From Eledone cirrhosa (Eukaryota), in contig OZ024755.1 in the NCBI GenBank assembly GCA_964016885.1, positions 17,732,001 to 17,796,000 on the forward strand: a DNA stretch of 64,000 nt, given 5' to 3'. This document shows positions 24,697 through 37,207 of the stretch, one piece after another; position 1 is the stretch's first letter, and each line of letters begins with the position of its first letter. The notes beneath the pieces are model-generated. The model ran no database searches. It was not told the origin of the DNA and saw only the letters and a program-made list of their open reading frames with translations. The position numbers and the translations under genes are program-made.

Positions 24697-27600
24697 CATT
24701 TTAATTCTGTGTAAGAGTTACAGCTAGCTAGGTCAATAGGGTGGTAGACATAATTTTAATTCTGTGTAAGAGTTACAGCTAGCTAGGTCAAGAGAGTGGT
24801 AGACATAATGTTAATTCCGTGAGAGTTACAGCTAGCTAGGTCAATAGGGTGGTAAACATAATTTTAATTCTGTGTAAGAGTTACAGCTAGCTAGGTCAAG
24901 AGAGTGGTAGACATAATGTTAATTCCGTGAGAGTTACAGCTAGCTAGGTCAATAGGGTGGTAGACATAATTTTAATTCTGTGAGAGTTACAGCTAGCTAG
25001 GTCAAGAGAGTGGTAGACATAATGTTAATTCCATGAGAGTTACAGCTAGCTAGGTCAAGAGAGTGGTGTGGTAGACATAATGTTAATTCTGTGTAAGAGT
25101 TACAGCTAGCTAGGTCAAGAGAGTGGTAGACATAATTTTAATTCTGTGTAAGAGTTACAGCTAGCTAGGTCAATAGGGTGGTAGACATAATTTTAATTCT
25201 GTGTAAGAGTTACAGCTAGCTAGGTCAAGAGAGTGGTAGACATAATTTTAATTCTGTGTAAGAGTTACAGCTAGCTAGGTCAAGAGAGTGGTAGACATAA
25301 TTTTAATTCTGTGTAAGAGTTACAGCTAGCTAGGTCAAGAGAGTGGTAGACATAATGTTAATTCCGTGAGAGTTACAGCTAGCTAGGTCAATAGGGTGGT
25401 AGACATAATTTTAATTCTGTGTAAGAGTTACAGCTAGCTAGGTCAATAGGGTGGTAGACATAATTTTAATTCTGTGTAAGAGTTACAGCTAGCTAGGTCA
25501 ATAGGGTGGTAGACATAATTTTAATTCTGTGTAAGAGTTACAGCTAGCTAGGTCAATAGGGTGGTAGACATAATTTTAATTCTGTGTAAGAGTTACAGCT
25601 AGCTAGGTCAATAGGGTGGTAGACATAATTTTAATTCTGTGTAAGAGTTACAGCTAGCTAGGTCAATAGGGTGGTAGACATAATTTTAATTCTGTGTAAG
25701 AGTTACAGCTAGCTAGGTCAATAGGGTGGTAGACATAATTTTAATTCTGTGTAAGAGTTACAGCTAGCTAGGTCAAGAGAGTGGTAGACATAATTTTAAT
25801 TCTGTGTAAGAGTTACAGCTAGCTAGGTCAAGAGAGTGGTAGACATAATTTTAATTCTGTGTAAGAGTTACAGCTAGCTAGGTCAATAGGGTGGTAGACA
25901 TAATTTTAATTCTGTGTAAGAGTTACAGCTAGCTAGGTCAATAGGGTGGTAGACATAATTTTAATTCTGTGTAAGAATTACAGCTAGCTAGGTCAATAGG
26001 GTGGTAGACATAATTTTAATTCTGTGTAAGAGTTACAGCTAGCTAGGTCAATAGGGTGGTAGACATAATTTTAATTCTGTGTAAGAGTTACAGCTAGCTA
26101 GGTCAATAGGGTGGTAGACATAATTTTAATTCTGTGTAAGAGTTACAGCTAGCTAGGTCAATAGGGTGGTAGACATAATTTTAATTCTGTGTAAGAGTTA
26201 CAGCTAGCTAGGTCAAGAGAGTGGTAGACATAATTTTAATTCTGTGTAAGAGTTACAGCTAGCTAGGTCAATAGGGTGGTAGACATAATTTTAATTCTGT
26301 GTAAGAGTTACAGCTAGCTAGGTCAAGAGAGTGGTAGACATAATTTTAATTCTGTGTAAGAGTTACAGCTAGCTAGGTCAATAGGGTGGTAGACATAATT
26401 TTAATTCTGTGTAAGAGTTACAGCTAGCTAGGTCAAGAGAGTGGTAGACATAATTTTAATTCTGTGTAAGAGTTACAGCTAGCTAGGTCAATAGGGTGGT
26501 AGACATAATTTTAATTCTGTGTAAGAGTTACAGCTAGCTAGGTCAAGAGAGTGGTAGACATAATTTTAATTCTGTGTAAGAGTTACAGCTAGCTAGGTCA
26601 AGAGAGTGGTAGACATAATTTGAATTCTGTGTATGAGTTACAGCTAGCTAGGTCAATAGGGTGGTAGACATAATTTTAATTCTGTGAGAGTTACAGCTAG
26701 CTAGGTCAATAGGGTGGTAGACATAATGTTAATTCTGTGTAAGAGTTACAGCTAGCTAGGTCAAGAGAGTGGTAGACATAATTTTAATTCTGTGTAAGAG
26801 TTACAGCTAGCTAGGTCAAGAGAGTGGTAGACATAATTTTAATTCTGTGTAAGAGTTACAGCTAGCTAGGTCAATAGGGTGGTAGACATAATTTTAATTC
26901 TGTGTAAGAGTTACAGCTAGCTAGGTCAAGAGAGTGGTAGACATAATTTTAATTCTGTGTAAGAGTTAACAGCTAGCTAGGTCAAGAGAGTGGTAGACAT
27001 AATTTTAATTCTGTGTAAGAGTTACAGCTAGCTAGGTCAAGAGAGTGGTAGACATAATTTTAATTCTGTGTAAGAGTTACAGCTAGCTAGGTCAAGAGAG
27101 TGGTAGACATAATTTTAATTCTGTGTAAGAGTTACAGCTAGCTAGGTCAATAGGGTGGTAGACATAATTTTAATTCTGCGTAAGAGTTACAGCTAGCTAG
27201 GTCAAGAGAGTGGTAGACATAATTTTAATTCTGTGAGAGTTACAGCTAGCTAGGTCAAGAGACTGGTAGACATAATTTTAATTCTGTGAGAGTTACAGCT
27301 AGCTAGGTCAAGAGAGTGGTAGACATAATTTTAATTCTGTGAGAGTTACAGCTAGCTAGGTCAAGAGACTGGTAGACATAATTTTAATTCTGTGAGAGTT
27401 ACAGCTAGCTAGGTCAAGAGAGTGGTAGACATAATTTTAATTATGTGTAAGAGTTACAGCTAGCTAGGTCAAGAGAGTGGTAGACATAATTTTAATTCTG
27501 TGAGAGTTACAGCTAGCTAGGTCAAGAGACTGCTAGACATAATTTTAATTCTGTGAGAGTTACAGCTAGCTAGGTCAAGAGAGTGGTAGACATAATGTTA

Positions 27601-28010
27601 ATTCCGTGAGAGTTACAGCTAGCTAGGTCAAGAGAGTGGTGTGGTAGACATAATGTTAATTCTGTGTAAGAGTTACAGCTAGCTAGGTCAAGAGAGTGGT
27701 AGACATAATGTTAATTATGTGTAAGAGTTACAGCTAGCTATGTCAAGAGAGTGGTAGACATAATGTTAATTCCGTGAGAGTTACAGCTAGCTAGGTCAAG
27801 AGAGTGGTAGACATAATTTTAATTCTGTGTAAGAGTTACAGCTAGCTAGGTCAAGAGAGTGGTAGACATAATTTTAATTCTGTGTAAGAGTTACAGCTAG
27901 CTAGGTCAAGAGAGTGGTAGACATAATGTTAATTACGTGAGAGTTACAGCTAGCTAGGTCAAGAGAGTGGTGTGGTAGATATAATTTTAATTCTGTGTAA
28001 GAGTTACAGA
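24697..28010. repeat. 55-bp satellite, ~60 copies
   Basis: TAATTTTAATTCTGTGTAAGAGTTACAGCTAGCTAGGTCAA(TAGG/GAGA)GTGGTAGACA. Confidence 0.97.
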
Positions 28011-30264
28011 TAGCTGCTGTTGTACCTCTCTCAGTTCTAACGTGTGTTCCAGTTGTTTGGACAATAGCACAGCCTGCTTGCGAAATTAACATGCAAGTGG
28101 CTGAGCATTCCACAGACATTTATACTTTCAACATAGTACTCAGAGAGATCCAGCATAAGCCTTTCAATTACAGGTACACATTTGCCAGAGCTGAGTAGAT
28201 TGGAACAACATAAAATAAAGCACCTTGCTCAAGGATACATGCTGCCAGGAATCAAACCCATTTCATTAAGATCATTAACAAAGCAACATAACTACAAAGC
28301 CACGCTCCTTCACATGAAGTCGGTATTTCCTGATGTCTCAAACAAACAGGTGAGAAAATTTTGCAAAGCAGAACAAGACTGCTTTTAGGTCACTGGTTTG
28401 GGTGCTCATCTCAAAATTCAAGGAGTGCTGAGAGGTTTTCAATTTGTAGTGGTGGTAGAGAGGCTCAGATATTTATAGATCCCTTTCTTTGGCTTTTAAC
28501 CCTTTAGCATTTACATTACTCTATGTATGGTCTAACCCATGCTAGCGTAGAAAATGGACGTTAAATGAAGATGATGATGATGGTATTTTCACGGTAAACA
28601 CTTTATTTCACATAATTATCTCACATAATATCGAATCTATCAGATTATTTATTATTTATTTTGAGAATACCTTAACATAAGTATGAGCAGCTGATTATGT
28701 TTGAATTCTTCTTTAACTGTTTTCAGTTAATAGACAGTGGCCATGTTGGGACCTTTAGAAGGGAGCTCGAATTATTATTTTTTTTTTAATATAGGAGAGT
28801 GTAGTTGTTGTAACATAAGAAAGAATTTGCTTCGACATTCTAAATGTTATCTTTTATGCTAATTGATAAATTTGTCAACATGTATATATATCTTATTTAA
28901 TCCATAACCCTTAGGCAAGACAACAAGCACAACTTCAATCTAACACTCTCTGTTCCCCATGAATGTTTGTAGGGTATCCTTGTCAATACAGTGAGAGAAG
29001 GTTTAGTATGATCAATCATATTTACTGCTGAATATATTTAATCTCTGCAGTAAATGTTAACTATACAGGAGAGGTTTGTTTTTTTTGTTCATTTGTTGTT
29101 CATTTGGCGTCGCTTTTTTTTTTTCCCCCAATGTTTGGATAGATAGAATAGTTATGTTTATTGGAGAATTATTTCTATAGCTGTGTGTGTGTTCATTGCC
29201 AAATTGAAATAATAATTTCTGGATTAAATTTTGTGTTTCAATTTAGGTTGTTCAGTATTTAAATCCCTCTTGCCAAAAGAGAGGCAATATAAGAGTTAAA
29301 AAAATCCGTAATTTTATAAATTACTTATTATGCATGACTGAAGTTTTAAAGCACATGAATAATTGATGATTTAAAAAAATAAAGAATTGTCAAAGTATGT
29401 TGATATATGCTGCTAGTATTAGAAAGAATATTTTTAATGTAGAATGTCTGTTGAAGCTTGGAATGCTGTTTGATCTGTCAATATGTGGACCTGAATTTAA
29501 AAAAAAAAAAAAAAAAAAAAGGTTTTATACATTGATAAATTAAATGCGGTATGGGCTGTATTTTTTTTTTTTTTTTGCTGTTAAATAACCATATTTGGTA
29601 ACATATAAAACCTGCACCATCACCATTTCAGTACAGGATATTATGAAACCATGTGAAGGTGCATAGTTTAGTGGTTAGAGTGTCGGGCATACAATCGTGA
29701 TGTAATGACTTCAGTTCCAGGACTGGTCTGCGTGTTGTGTCCTTGAGCAAGACACTTTATTTCATGTTGCTCCAGTTCACCCAGCTGTAGAAATGAGTTG
29801 CGACATCACTGATGCCAAGCTGTATCAGCCATTCCCTTTCCCTTGGACAAAATCGGTGGTGTGGAGAGGGGAGGCTGGTATGCATGGGTGACTGGTGGTC
29901 TTGCTCAGACTTGTGCTTCAGAGGCTAACTTTCTAGGTGCAAGTCCCATGGTCATTTATGACCAAAGGGAGTCTTTACCTTTTATTATGAAACAAAGTTT
30001 TTTGTATAATTATAGATATGTTTCTTTTATTTGCCACCAGGGCATCAAAAGTGGGAGTTTACAAAACAAGGCGTCCTCAATAAGGAGGAGGCAATAACAA
30101 TATATAAAAATAAAATATAACAAAAAATAAAATTTATAACAAAGATTATAATTATAGATAAGTATTTAATATTATTAAAATGTGTAACTCCACTTCATAG
30201 ATTAGACCTTGATAATATTCTTTTAGCCTTCTTTAGATGTTAAAAAAATAGGTCTTATTCGCTC

Positions 30265-30305
30265 TCAAATGTGGTAGATTGTTTCCATAAAGACCAATAA
30301 ATGAT
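30265..30305 (-). CDS. CUB-like gene putative last exon (DHLLVFMETIYHI*)
   Basis: cctaag acceptor, phase 1, TGA stop. Confidence 0.45.
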
Positions 30306-33300
30306 CTTAGGTATAATTTTAAAAATAAACTAAAGAGATAATTTAAGGAAGGAAGAATTGGCCCAGTACATGACTGGTACTCCTTTTTATTGACATCGAA
30401 TGGATGAAAAGCAAAGTTGATCTCAGCAAGATTTAAACTCAGAGATCAAAGAGCTGGAACAAATGCCACAAATCATTCTATCCGACGTTCTAACAACTCT
30501 GCCAAATTGTCACCCTGGATAGAGTGTACCTATTCTAAAATACAAATTGTCAATTAAACTAAAATAGTACAAAAAACGGGGAAATATGAGACTTACCATT
30601 ATTTGTAGTTGTTATTATAGAGAACCAGTAAATATTATTTGAACTTGTAAGTTTGCTGACTTCCACTATTAAAATATTACTTCGGGTGGAGAAATAGGAA
30701 CCTGGAGAGGAGTGACAGTCGAACTCTTTCTATAGATACAAAATAAATCATCATCATCATCAACACCACAACCACCACCACCGTCCCCATCATCATCACC
30801 ATCATAATCATTCAATTATCATCACTCCATCATAATCATTCAATTATCATCACTCCATCATCATCATCATTTTTCCACATTTGCATGGGTTGGTCAGGTC
30901 CTTTGCAGCGCAGAATCTTTCCACACATCGCAATCCTTCATCATCTTCTCTGAGTTTCAACAATTTGAGATCAGCTCTCACCATCTCTACCCAGGTCTTC
31001 CTGTAGTATGTCTTCCTTTCTCTGGGAATTCTTGGTACTTCTTCACCTAACAATCATCATCCATGTGCATCACATATCCATACCAACAGTCTTCGTTCTT
31101 GTATGCTACATGTGATTCCTCTTATACAGTGGAACCTCTGTTCATGAACTTAATTCATTCCTAAAGGCTGTTCATCACCCAAATATTCATAAACTGAAAC
31201 TATTTTCCTCCATACAAAATGTTGAGAGAGAAACACAGTGAGAGAAAAAGAGATTGTGTATGAAAGACAGATAGATATTACCACAGTAACTAACTATACA
31301 GCAAGTTATGCTTTCTTGCCAATATTTCTAGCTTGTTGCTAACCATTGTTGCTGGCTTGCATGTTTGTCACTCAAGACGTTTTATGTTTGGAAAATTCAT
31401 TCATGAACTGTAGGTAACACGGTAAAAAGGTCCCAGTCCACACTGTAAATGTGGTTGCTGTTAGGAAGGGCATCCAACCATAGAAAACCTGTTGTGTAAG
31501 TAACACAGCAAAAAGGTCCCAGTCCACACTGTAAATGTGGTTGGTGTTAGGAAGGGCATCAAGCCTTAGAAAACCTGTCATGTAGATAACACAGTAAAAA
31601 AGGTCCCAGTCCACACTGTGAATGCGGTTGGTGTTAGGAAGTGCATCCAGCCGTAGAAAACCTGCCAGATAGTCCTATATGAGCGAGATGCGGTCACCCA
31701 ATTAATCTTGCCACAAGTGGGACAATTCCTGTCTAACCCATGCTAGCGTTGAAGATGGGCGTTAAACAATGATGATGATGATGAATTGATTTGTTTATGA
31801 TGAGTAACATTCATGAACCGAGGTTGCACTGTACTCAATTTTTCTGTCAGATCATCCAAACTCTGTTGTTTTCTTGCATTAATAATGGTAAAAAGAATTT
31901 TTTTTAAAACTTATTTTTAATGTATTTGAAATAGAAAAGACAATGACTCATACTTACAACAATATTGTGTGAGGAAATCTTATTATTATAGAATATTAAT
32001 GATACACCGCATTCTTTGATGTCAATATCTGCAATATATACTTTGAAATATCTTTCTTGTTCAGCTTCCAGTACAATTTTACATTGGTATCTATCTCCTA
32101 TGTCATGCCGTGGCTGAGCTTTGATTCTTACCAAATCATTATCACTGATTTTAAAAGGTTCCACTTGGACACAATCATAACTTTCCATATCGACTGAAAA
32201 ACAAAGTCAATTCAGCAACATTGATAAGCAAATTAGTACAAAGGTAACATTGTGAAGAAACGAAAAATTTACAAAAGAATGTATAATTGTGATTGCATCA
32301 TATAAATACAGAATGGGGCATAAAGATTTCCCACATTTTGAAGGGATATAAAAAAAAAAAAGAATATAACTGTCTAGAAAAAATTAGTACCAATCTTCGC
32401 TTTTAGTTTGTATTGTTCAACACACACACATGAGTGTGTGGCTAGATGTCCCTTCATTGTCTAGCAAGTTCTCCAAGCATCTTGTCTGATGATCCTTTGA
32501 GTACACAGATGTAACTCCAGAGGAACATGACTCATCACTTAGCCATAATAAAGTGTATATATATATATATATATGTTTCCACTTTTGGCACAAGGCCAGC
32601 AATTACCCCAGTACGTTACTGGTACTTTATTTTATTAACCCCATAAGGATGAAAGACAAAGTTAACCTCAACGGGATTTGAACTCAGTCAAGAGCCGTAA
32701 CTGTGCTGCAAAGCATGGTGTTCGACCCTCTACCGATACTGCCATGGTGTCCGACCCTCTACCGATACTGCCATGGTGTCCGACCCTCTACCGATACTGC
32801 CATGGTGTCCGACCCTCTACCGATACTGCCATGGTGTCCGACCCTCTACCGATACTGCCATGGTGTTCGACCCTCTACCGATACTGCCATGGTGTCCGAC
32901 CCTCTACCGATACTGCCAATCCACACAAGGACAATTTGTTAAGCCTTCATTACGTTTATTGATTGGTGACGTGCATTTCGTTATTGATCAGCTCAAGGTT
33001 CGATCTATATTAATCTGGCCCAACTCTGGAATCAAAAGCTCGTCAGACCTCTGCTGTTGCAATAACAGATATTACGGTCTGAGTTCAAATTCCGCCGCGG
33101 TTAACTTTTCCTTTCATCCTATAAAATAAAATAAAGCACCAGTAACGTAGTGGGGTCGATTTAATCGACTTTCCTATCCCCCAAATTACTGACCTTGTGC
33201 CTATACTAGAAATCATTATTACATTTGTGGGTATGGTGGCCGGAAGCTGGGGAGTGCTCGACCGGAAGGGCCAGCAGGTGGGCCTCTCTCTAGCGGTGAT

Positions 33301-35184
33301 CAAACATGGTGGACGCGAGTTTGGCAGCTGCCGGTGTTAATAAGTTGGATTGTATGCATGTGGAAGAGGAGAAACCAGCCATGGGATTTAGCGGCGCCTA
33401 TGAAAAGCAGTAAGTGAGATAGCTTTTTCTAACCACAAGCTATTTCGGCACTGGAAACTGAGATCTGATAAAAAAAAAAAAAAAAAAACTTTCTCGAAAA
33501 CAAAGCTACTGGAAAAACAGAGAGGAGTCTGTTGTTTTTTTTATTACATACCGCAAGACAAATTAGGATGGCGATGAGACTACGAACGAGCGAAGCGATT
33601 AGGACATTTACCAGTGAAGGCGATGTTGTCGCTTGGCTGCGGGAAGTCCGGCTGGTCGCAAGCTTACAAAAAATTGAAGATGTGGCTGGCCTCATGGCAC
33701 TGTACCTCGAGGGGGACGCGTTGGTTCTCTTCCTTGAATTGAAATGGATGAACACAGCCAAAGGGATGCGCAAAAGATCGAGAGATACATGATGGAAGCG
33801 TTCGCGGAGGGACCGTTAGCCGCTTTTGCTAAGCTGGCAAGAATTAGATGGAACAGTGAACGCGTTGACATTTTCGCAGCGGAAATACGGCAATTGGCCA
33901 TGTTGGCTGGATATCAGGTGGAATGCGAATGCACGGTGCGGTTGGCGTTCATAAATGGATTTCCAGACGACATAGCGGTGAAACTACAGCAAGTCCCGGG
34001 TTACAAAGAAATGGAGATGCGTGCACTGGTGGAGCAAGCCCGCATCATAGCAGAAGATGCCAAGAAGAGTGTCGCGGTGATGGCAACTACAGAGGCCCAG
34101 GACAGCTGGCAGCAAAATGGTGAAAGGGAGGCAACCACGGCCCGCGGTAGCTCGCGAACGTTTAGAGGTCGCTGTTTTGGTGTGTCGTTTGGCCGCGCCG
34201 CATCGGTATGCGCGGTGAGTACGCGACAGGAGAACCAGAAGGCCCACGAGGATAAATACCCCGCTTACACTGTGCAGGACAAAGATTTCAAGGCCGTGTT
34301 CGATGGGCAGCGATGGGTTGTTGAGTGGTACTGGAAGGGAGAACCACCAACACTGAAGACCAAAGTGGGCTGCTATCAACACACATTGAAGGGAGACATT
34401 AGGAGTGAATTCGAGCGAGAGGTAGAGAGATGGATTGAGGAGGGCATACTGCTTCTCTTGAAAGAGGAGGTGAAGTGCGGAATATTGCCGTTAATGGCGG
34501 TGGTGCAACCCACGAAGAACAAGTGAGGCCGGTACTGAACTTTCGGGAGCCGAACGAGCACGTGTCATACCACAGGGGGGGGGGGGGCGTTCCTTACTTT
34601 TAGCGGTCGCAATAATGAAAGTAAATTTATTTTCATTTTCGAACGTCGTGTTTACATTTTGTATGTGTGTTTAGATCTAAATTAGTTAGCTGAGATTAAA
34701 GACAAAATCAGAGCCTCTGTCGTTTTAACTGATTATATATGTGTGTGTGTGTAGTTGACGGTTGAGAGAAGAGTACTCAATACCGAATCTTGTAATGAGG
34801 CTTGCAGAATGGTGAGTCCGCCATTCTGGACGCTGCTGCCTTGTAGAAGTCTCAAATCGAAGCCGTGACACTCTCGTCCCCATCATTCAGCAGGGATTTT
34901 GCCAGGCAGCCGCATCTTCTCTGATGGTTGGGCTTCCTATTCGGAAATTGAAGAAATTGTAGGTGGGATTTACGTTCATGATGTTGTGGCGCACGAACGG
35001 AACTTTGTAGATCCCGCGGACCCTGGTGTGCGCACACAGCTCATAGAGAACACATGGAGCCATGCAAAGAAGAAGCTTCGTCGCCAGCATGTTTCGTTTA
35101 AACACACACACAAAATGTAAACACGACGTTCGAAAATGAAAATAAATTTACTTTTATTATTGCGACCACTAAAAGTAAGAAATG

Positions 35185-35218
<34 letters not shown>

Positions 35219-35953
35219 TTACTATGTGAGTAACTTGTGGTTTGGTTACTAGTGGCAACGTTAGTCGCACTTGATGCTCTTACGGGGTCCGTTTCTCATT
35301 GGGTTGGGTTGTGCTCCATGTTTAAGGCGGATGTAGTTTTCAGAGTGTATATAAAGTGACAATAAGAATTGCAGCTTTTTGTAAACTTTATTTCATATTA
35401 CAATTGTTTCTGTATCGATCCGCTCTAGTATGATCAGGCGATCGGATCCCGACTCTTAATCGACTCAGCCCCAGTATGATCAGGTTGATCGACACTTCTT
35501 TAGATATGAGAGTTTACATGAGTAGTCCCATCCAAACTGATCGATACAGAAATAATTGTAATATGAAATAAAGTTTACAAAAAGCTATTTTTGCCATTAT
35601 ATATATATATATAGTGAAGGTAAGAAAATATATATATACAAAGCTCAAATGTATGTAGAGAATTATGATAGTATACAATTGCTAAGTAGCATATATATTT
35701 GATTTTATATATATATATATATTCAACACAGACAAAAAACACTAAATTTATAAATCATTTCCTTATAATCTCCCCCTCTCACCTCACATTGACACATTTA
35801 AAAATAAAATAAACATAAGTTAATAATTATGATATATACACCTGTCCTAAGAAAATATTAACGTTTATACTTACTAACTCTTTCGGCATTATAACCATGA
35901 AATAATAGGAATAAATAACAGAAACAGTATAAAAAAACTTGTTGATCCATCAT
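30265..35953 (-). CDS. Small secreted protein with one divergent CUB-like domain (~162 aa, 4 exons)
   Basis: Exons 35953-35875, 32193-31958, 30729-30597, 30305-30265 join in phase (1,0,1). Hydrophobic N-terminus MMDQQVFLYCFCYLFLLFHGYNA resembles a signal peptide. Four Cys and the beta-strand pattern (YQCKIVLEA...FKVYIADIDIKECGVSLIFY...FDCHSSPGSYFSTRSNILIVEV) resemble CUB domains. Last exon least certain. Confidence 0.75.
30597..30729 (-). CDS. CUB-like gene exon 3 (KEFDCHSSPGSYFSTRSNILIVEV...TTNN)
   Basis: ctatag|AAA...AATG|gtaagt. Confidence 0.8.
31127..31831. mobile_element. Tc1/mariner pogo/Tigger-like MITE with a nested SINE 3' portion
   Basis: TA|CAGTGGAACCTC...GAGGTTGCACTG|TA. Confidence 0.8.
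31958..32193 (-). CDS. CUB-like gene exon 2 (IDMESYDCVQVEPFK...SSHNIV)
   Basis: tttttcag|TC...GTT|gtaagt; open frame. Confidence 0.82.
32714..32918. repeat. 29-bp tandem array of the SINE-B 5' head, 7 copies
   Basis: CATGGTGTCCGACCCTCTACCGATACTGC. Confidence 0.9.
33226..34575 (+). mobile_element. Decayed Ty3/gypsy-type LTR retrotransposon (probable 5' LTR 33226-33437, gag, start of RT)
   Basis: TGTGG...CCACA LTR-like unit. Frameshifted gag (GDVVAWLREVRLVASLQKIEDVAGLMALYLEGDAL; AFINGFPDDI). pol start (FKAVFDGQRWVVEWYWK...EVERWIEEGIL...PLMAVVQPTKNK, then KVRPVLxFRExN after a frameshift). Protease region appears deleted. Confidence 0.85.
34586..35186 (+). mobile_element. Merlin (IS1595/ISXO2-like) transposon deletion derivative
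   Basis: ~90-bp TIRs GGCGTTCCTTACTTTTAG.../...CTAAAAGTAAGAAATGCC; internal transposase piece ILPGSRIFSDGWASY...HERNFVDP...TQLIENTWSHAKKKL; no TSD found. Confidence 0.88.
35373..35587. repeat. ~48-bp inverted repeat pair between TA tracts (Penelope-like remnant?)
   Basis: AGCTTTTTGTAAACTTTATTTCATATTACAATTGTTTCTGTATCGATC and its near-perfect reverse complement. Confidence 0.7.
35875..35953 (-). CDS. CUB-like gene exon 1 (signal peptide)
   Basis: ATG ATG GAT...GTT A|gtaagt, phase 1. Confidence 0.75.
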
Positions 35954-35959
35954 TATACA

Positions 35960-36120
35960 ACGCCCTTTTGGCATATTTTATTTTCCTAATATGATATTCG
36001 TTTTTACTTCAATATGTCACTTAGTTTTTTTTTTTGTTATTGTCTTGTTATTGTGTGTTACGCATGCGTGAAATCTTACCTGACAGGTGTCCTCTTTCGA
36101 GCAAATAGGAAGGTGTATAT
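35960..36120. promoter_or_regulatory. Candidate bidirectional promoter between the CUB-like gene and RPP21
   Basis: Immediately upstream of the CUB-like ATG; NRF1-like palindrome ACGCATGCGT near 36060-36069; donor-like sites on both strands (36075-36080 minus, ~36113 plus). Confidence 0.35.
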
Positions 36121-36499
36121 GTTGTATTGTTTACGATCTTCTGTAGATTTATTTTTAATTTTTAAACCCTCATCTAAAAGCTGAAGCGTGTTGTTCTTAT
36201 CGTTATTTTTTTGTTGTTGTTTTTTTTATGAGAGGGGATGTGCAGAGAATCATAATTTTCCGACAAAAATTTATTTATTTATTCTCAGTTCAAATTTGAC
36301 CTGATCAGCTTAGCCCTTGACCGATAAAATATTAACAGTCGAATAATATGGTCTGTTTTACTGGACAACACACGTACAACCCATAATCTTGAAATCAATA
36401 TCGTGCGTCATACGTGCTTCAACCGCAGCTAGTGAACCGTCTCATTATATATATATATAACAAAGAAGATGTGGTAAGATAACAGATGGACCATAACGC

Positions 36500-36740
36500 A
36501 CCAGAGTACTCGATACTGAGGGTAGTAGAGTAATAGGTAATATGAAAAGATTCAGGACCCCGACGACTGAGCTCCGGCCGTTTCGACAGCTAGATCCTAC
36601 AGCTGTCGAAACGGCCGGAGCTCAGTCGTCGGGGTCCTGAATCTTTTCATATATATATTTATATATATATTATAAAGAGTCAGGACCCGACTCTTTATAA
36701 TACAGCCATACTCTACTACCCCAAGTATCGAAGTACTGTG
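36500..36740. repeat. Nested inverted repeats with a perfect 52-bp-arm hairpin (probably Penelope-like inverted terminal repeat)
   Basis: 36540-36591 pairs with 36601-36652, 9-nt loop; outer arms 36506-36532 / 36709-36736. Confidence 0.8.
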
Positions 36741-37191
36741 TTAAGTAATGGTCTAACTAGTTTTTAACTGGTTCTATCCTGATTTATATAAATGTATATA
36801 TATAATGGTTTCTTATATTGGCACAAGGCCAGCAATTTTGGGGGAGAGGAAAGTCGATTAACTCGACCCCAGTGCATGACTGGTACTTTATTTTATCGAC
36901 CCCGTAAGGATGAAAAGCAAAGTTGATCTCAGCGAGATTTGAACTCAGAGATCAAAGAGCTGGAACAAATGCCACAAAGCATTCTATCCGACTTTCTAAC
37001 AACTCTGGGCACTACAACGCTATTAGCTGTCAGTCGTGAAAGCAGCCGATGAAAGCAGGCGAAGGTGACGTCATTCGTCATCGTTTATTTCCGTATTACT
37101 ACCACGCGTAAGTGGAGTTTTCACGCGTTTTTTATTTTTTTTTATTAAAGCATATCGATGTAAGTGGAGTTACTTAAATGAAAATATAGGT

Positions 37192-37207
37192 GGCCCTTAA
37201 AAGGGCC
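37192..37207 (-). other. Histone mRNA 3' stem-loop motif (left arm of foldback element)
   Basis: Minus strand reads GGCCCTTTTAAGGGCCACC. Confidence 0.7.

Noticed and set aside
24697-28010. CRISPR-like regular array
   Set aside because: Units are contiguous with no unique spacers, the context is eukaryotic, and there are no cas genes.
34899-35120. Functional Merlin transposase gene
   Set aside because: Only a ~70-aa internal fragment within a 601-bp deletion derivative.
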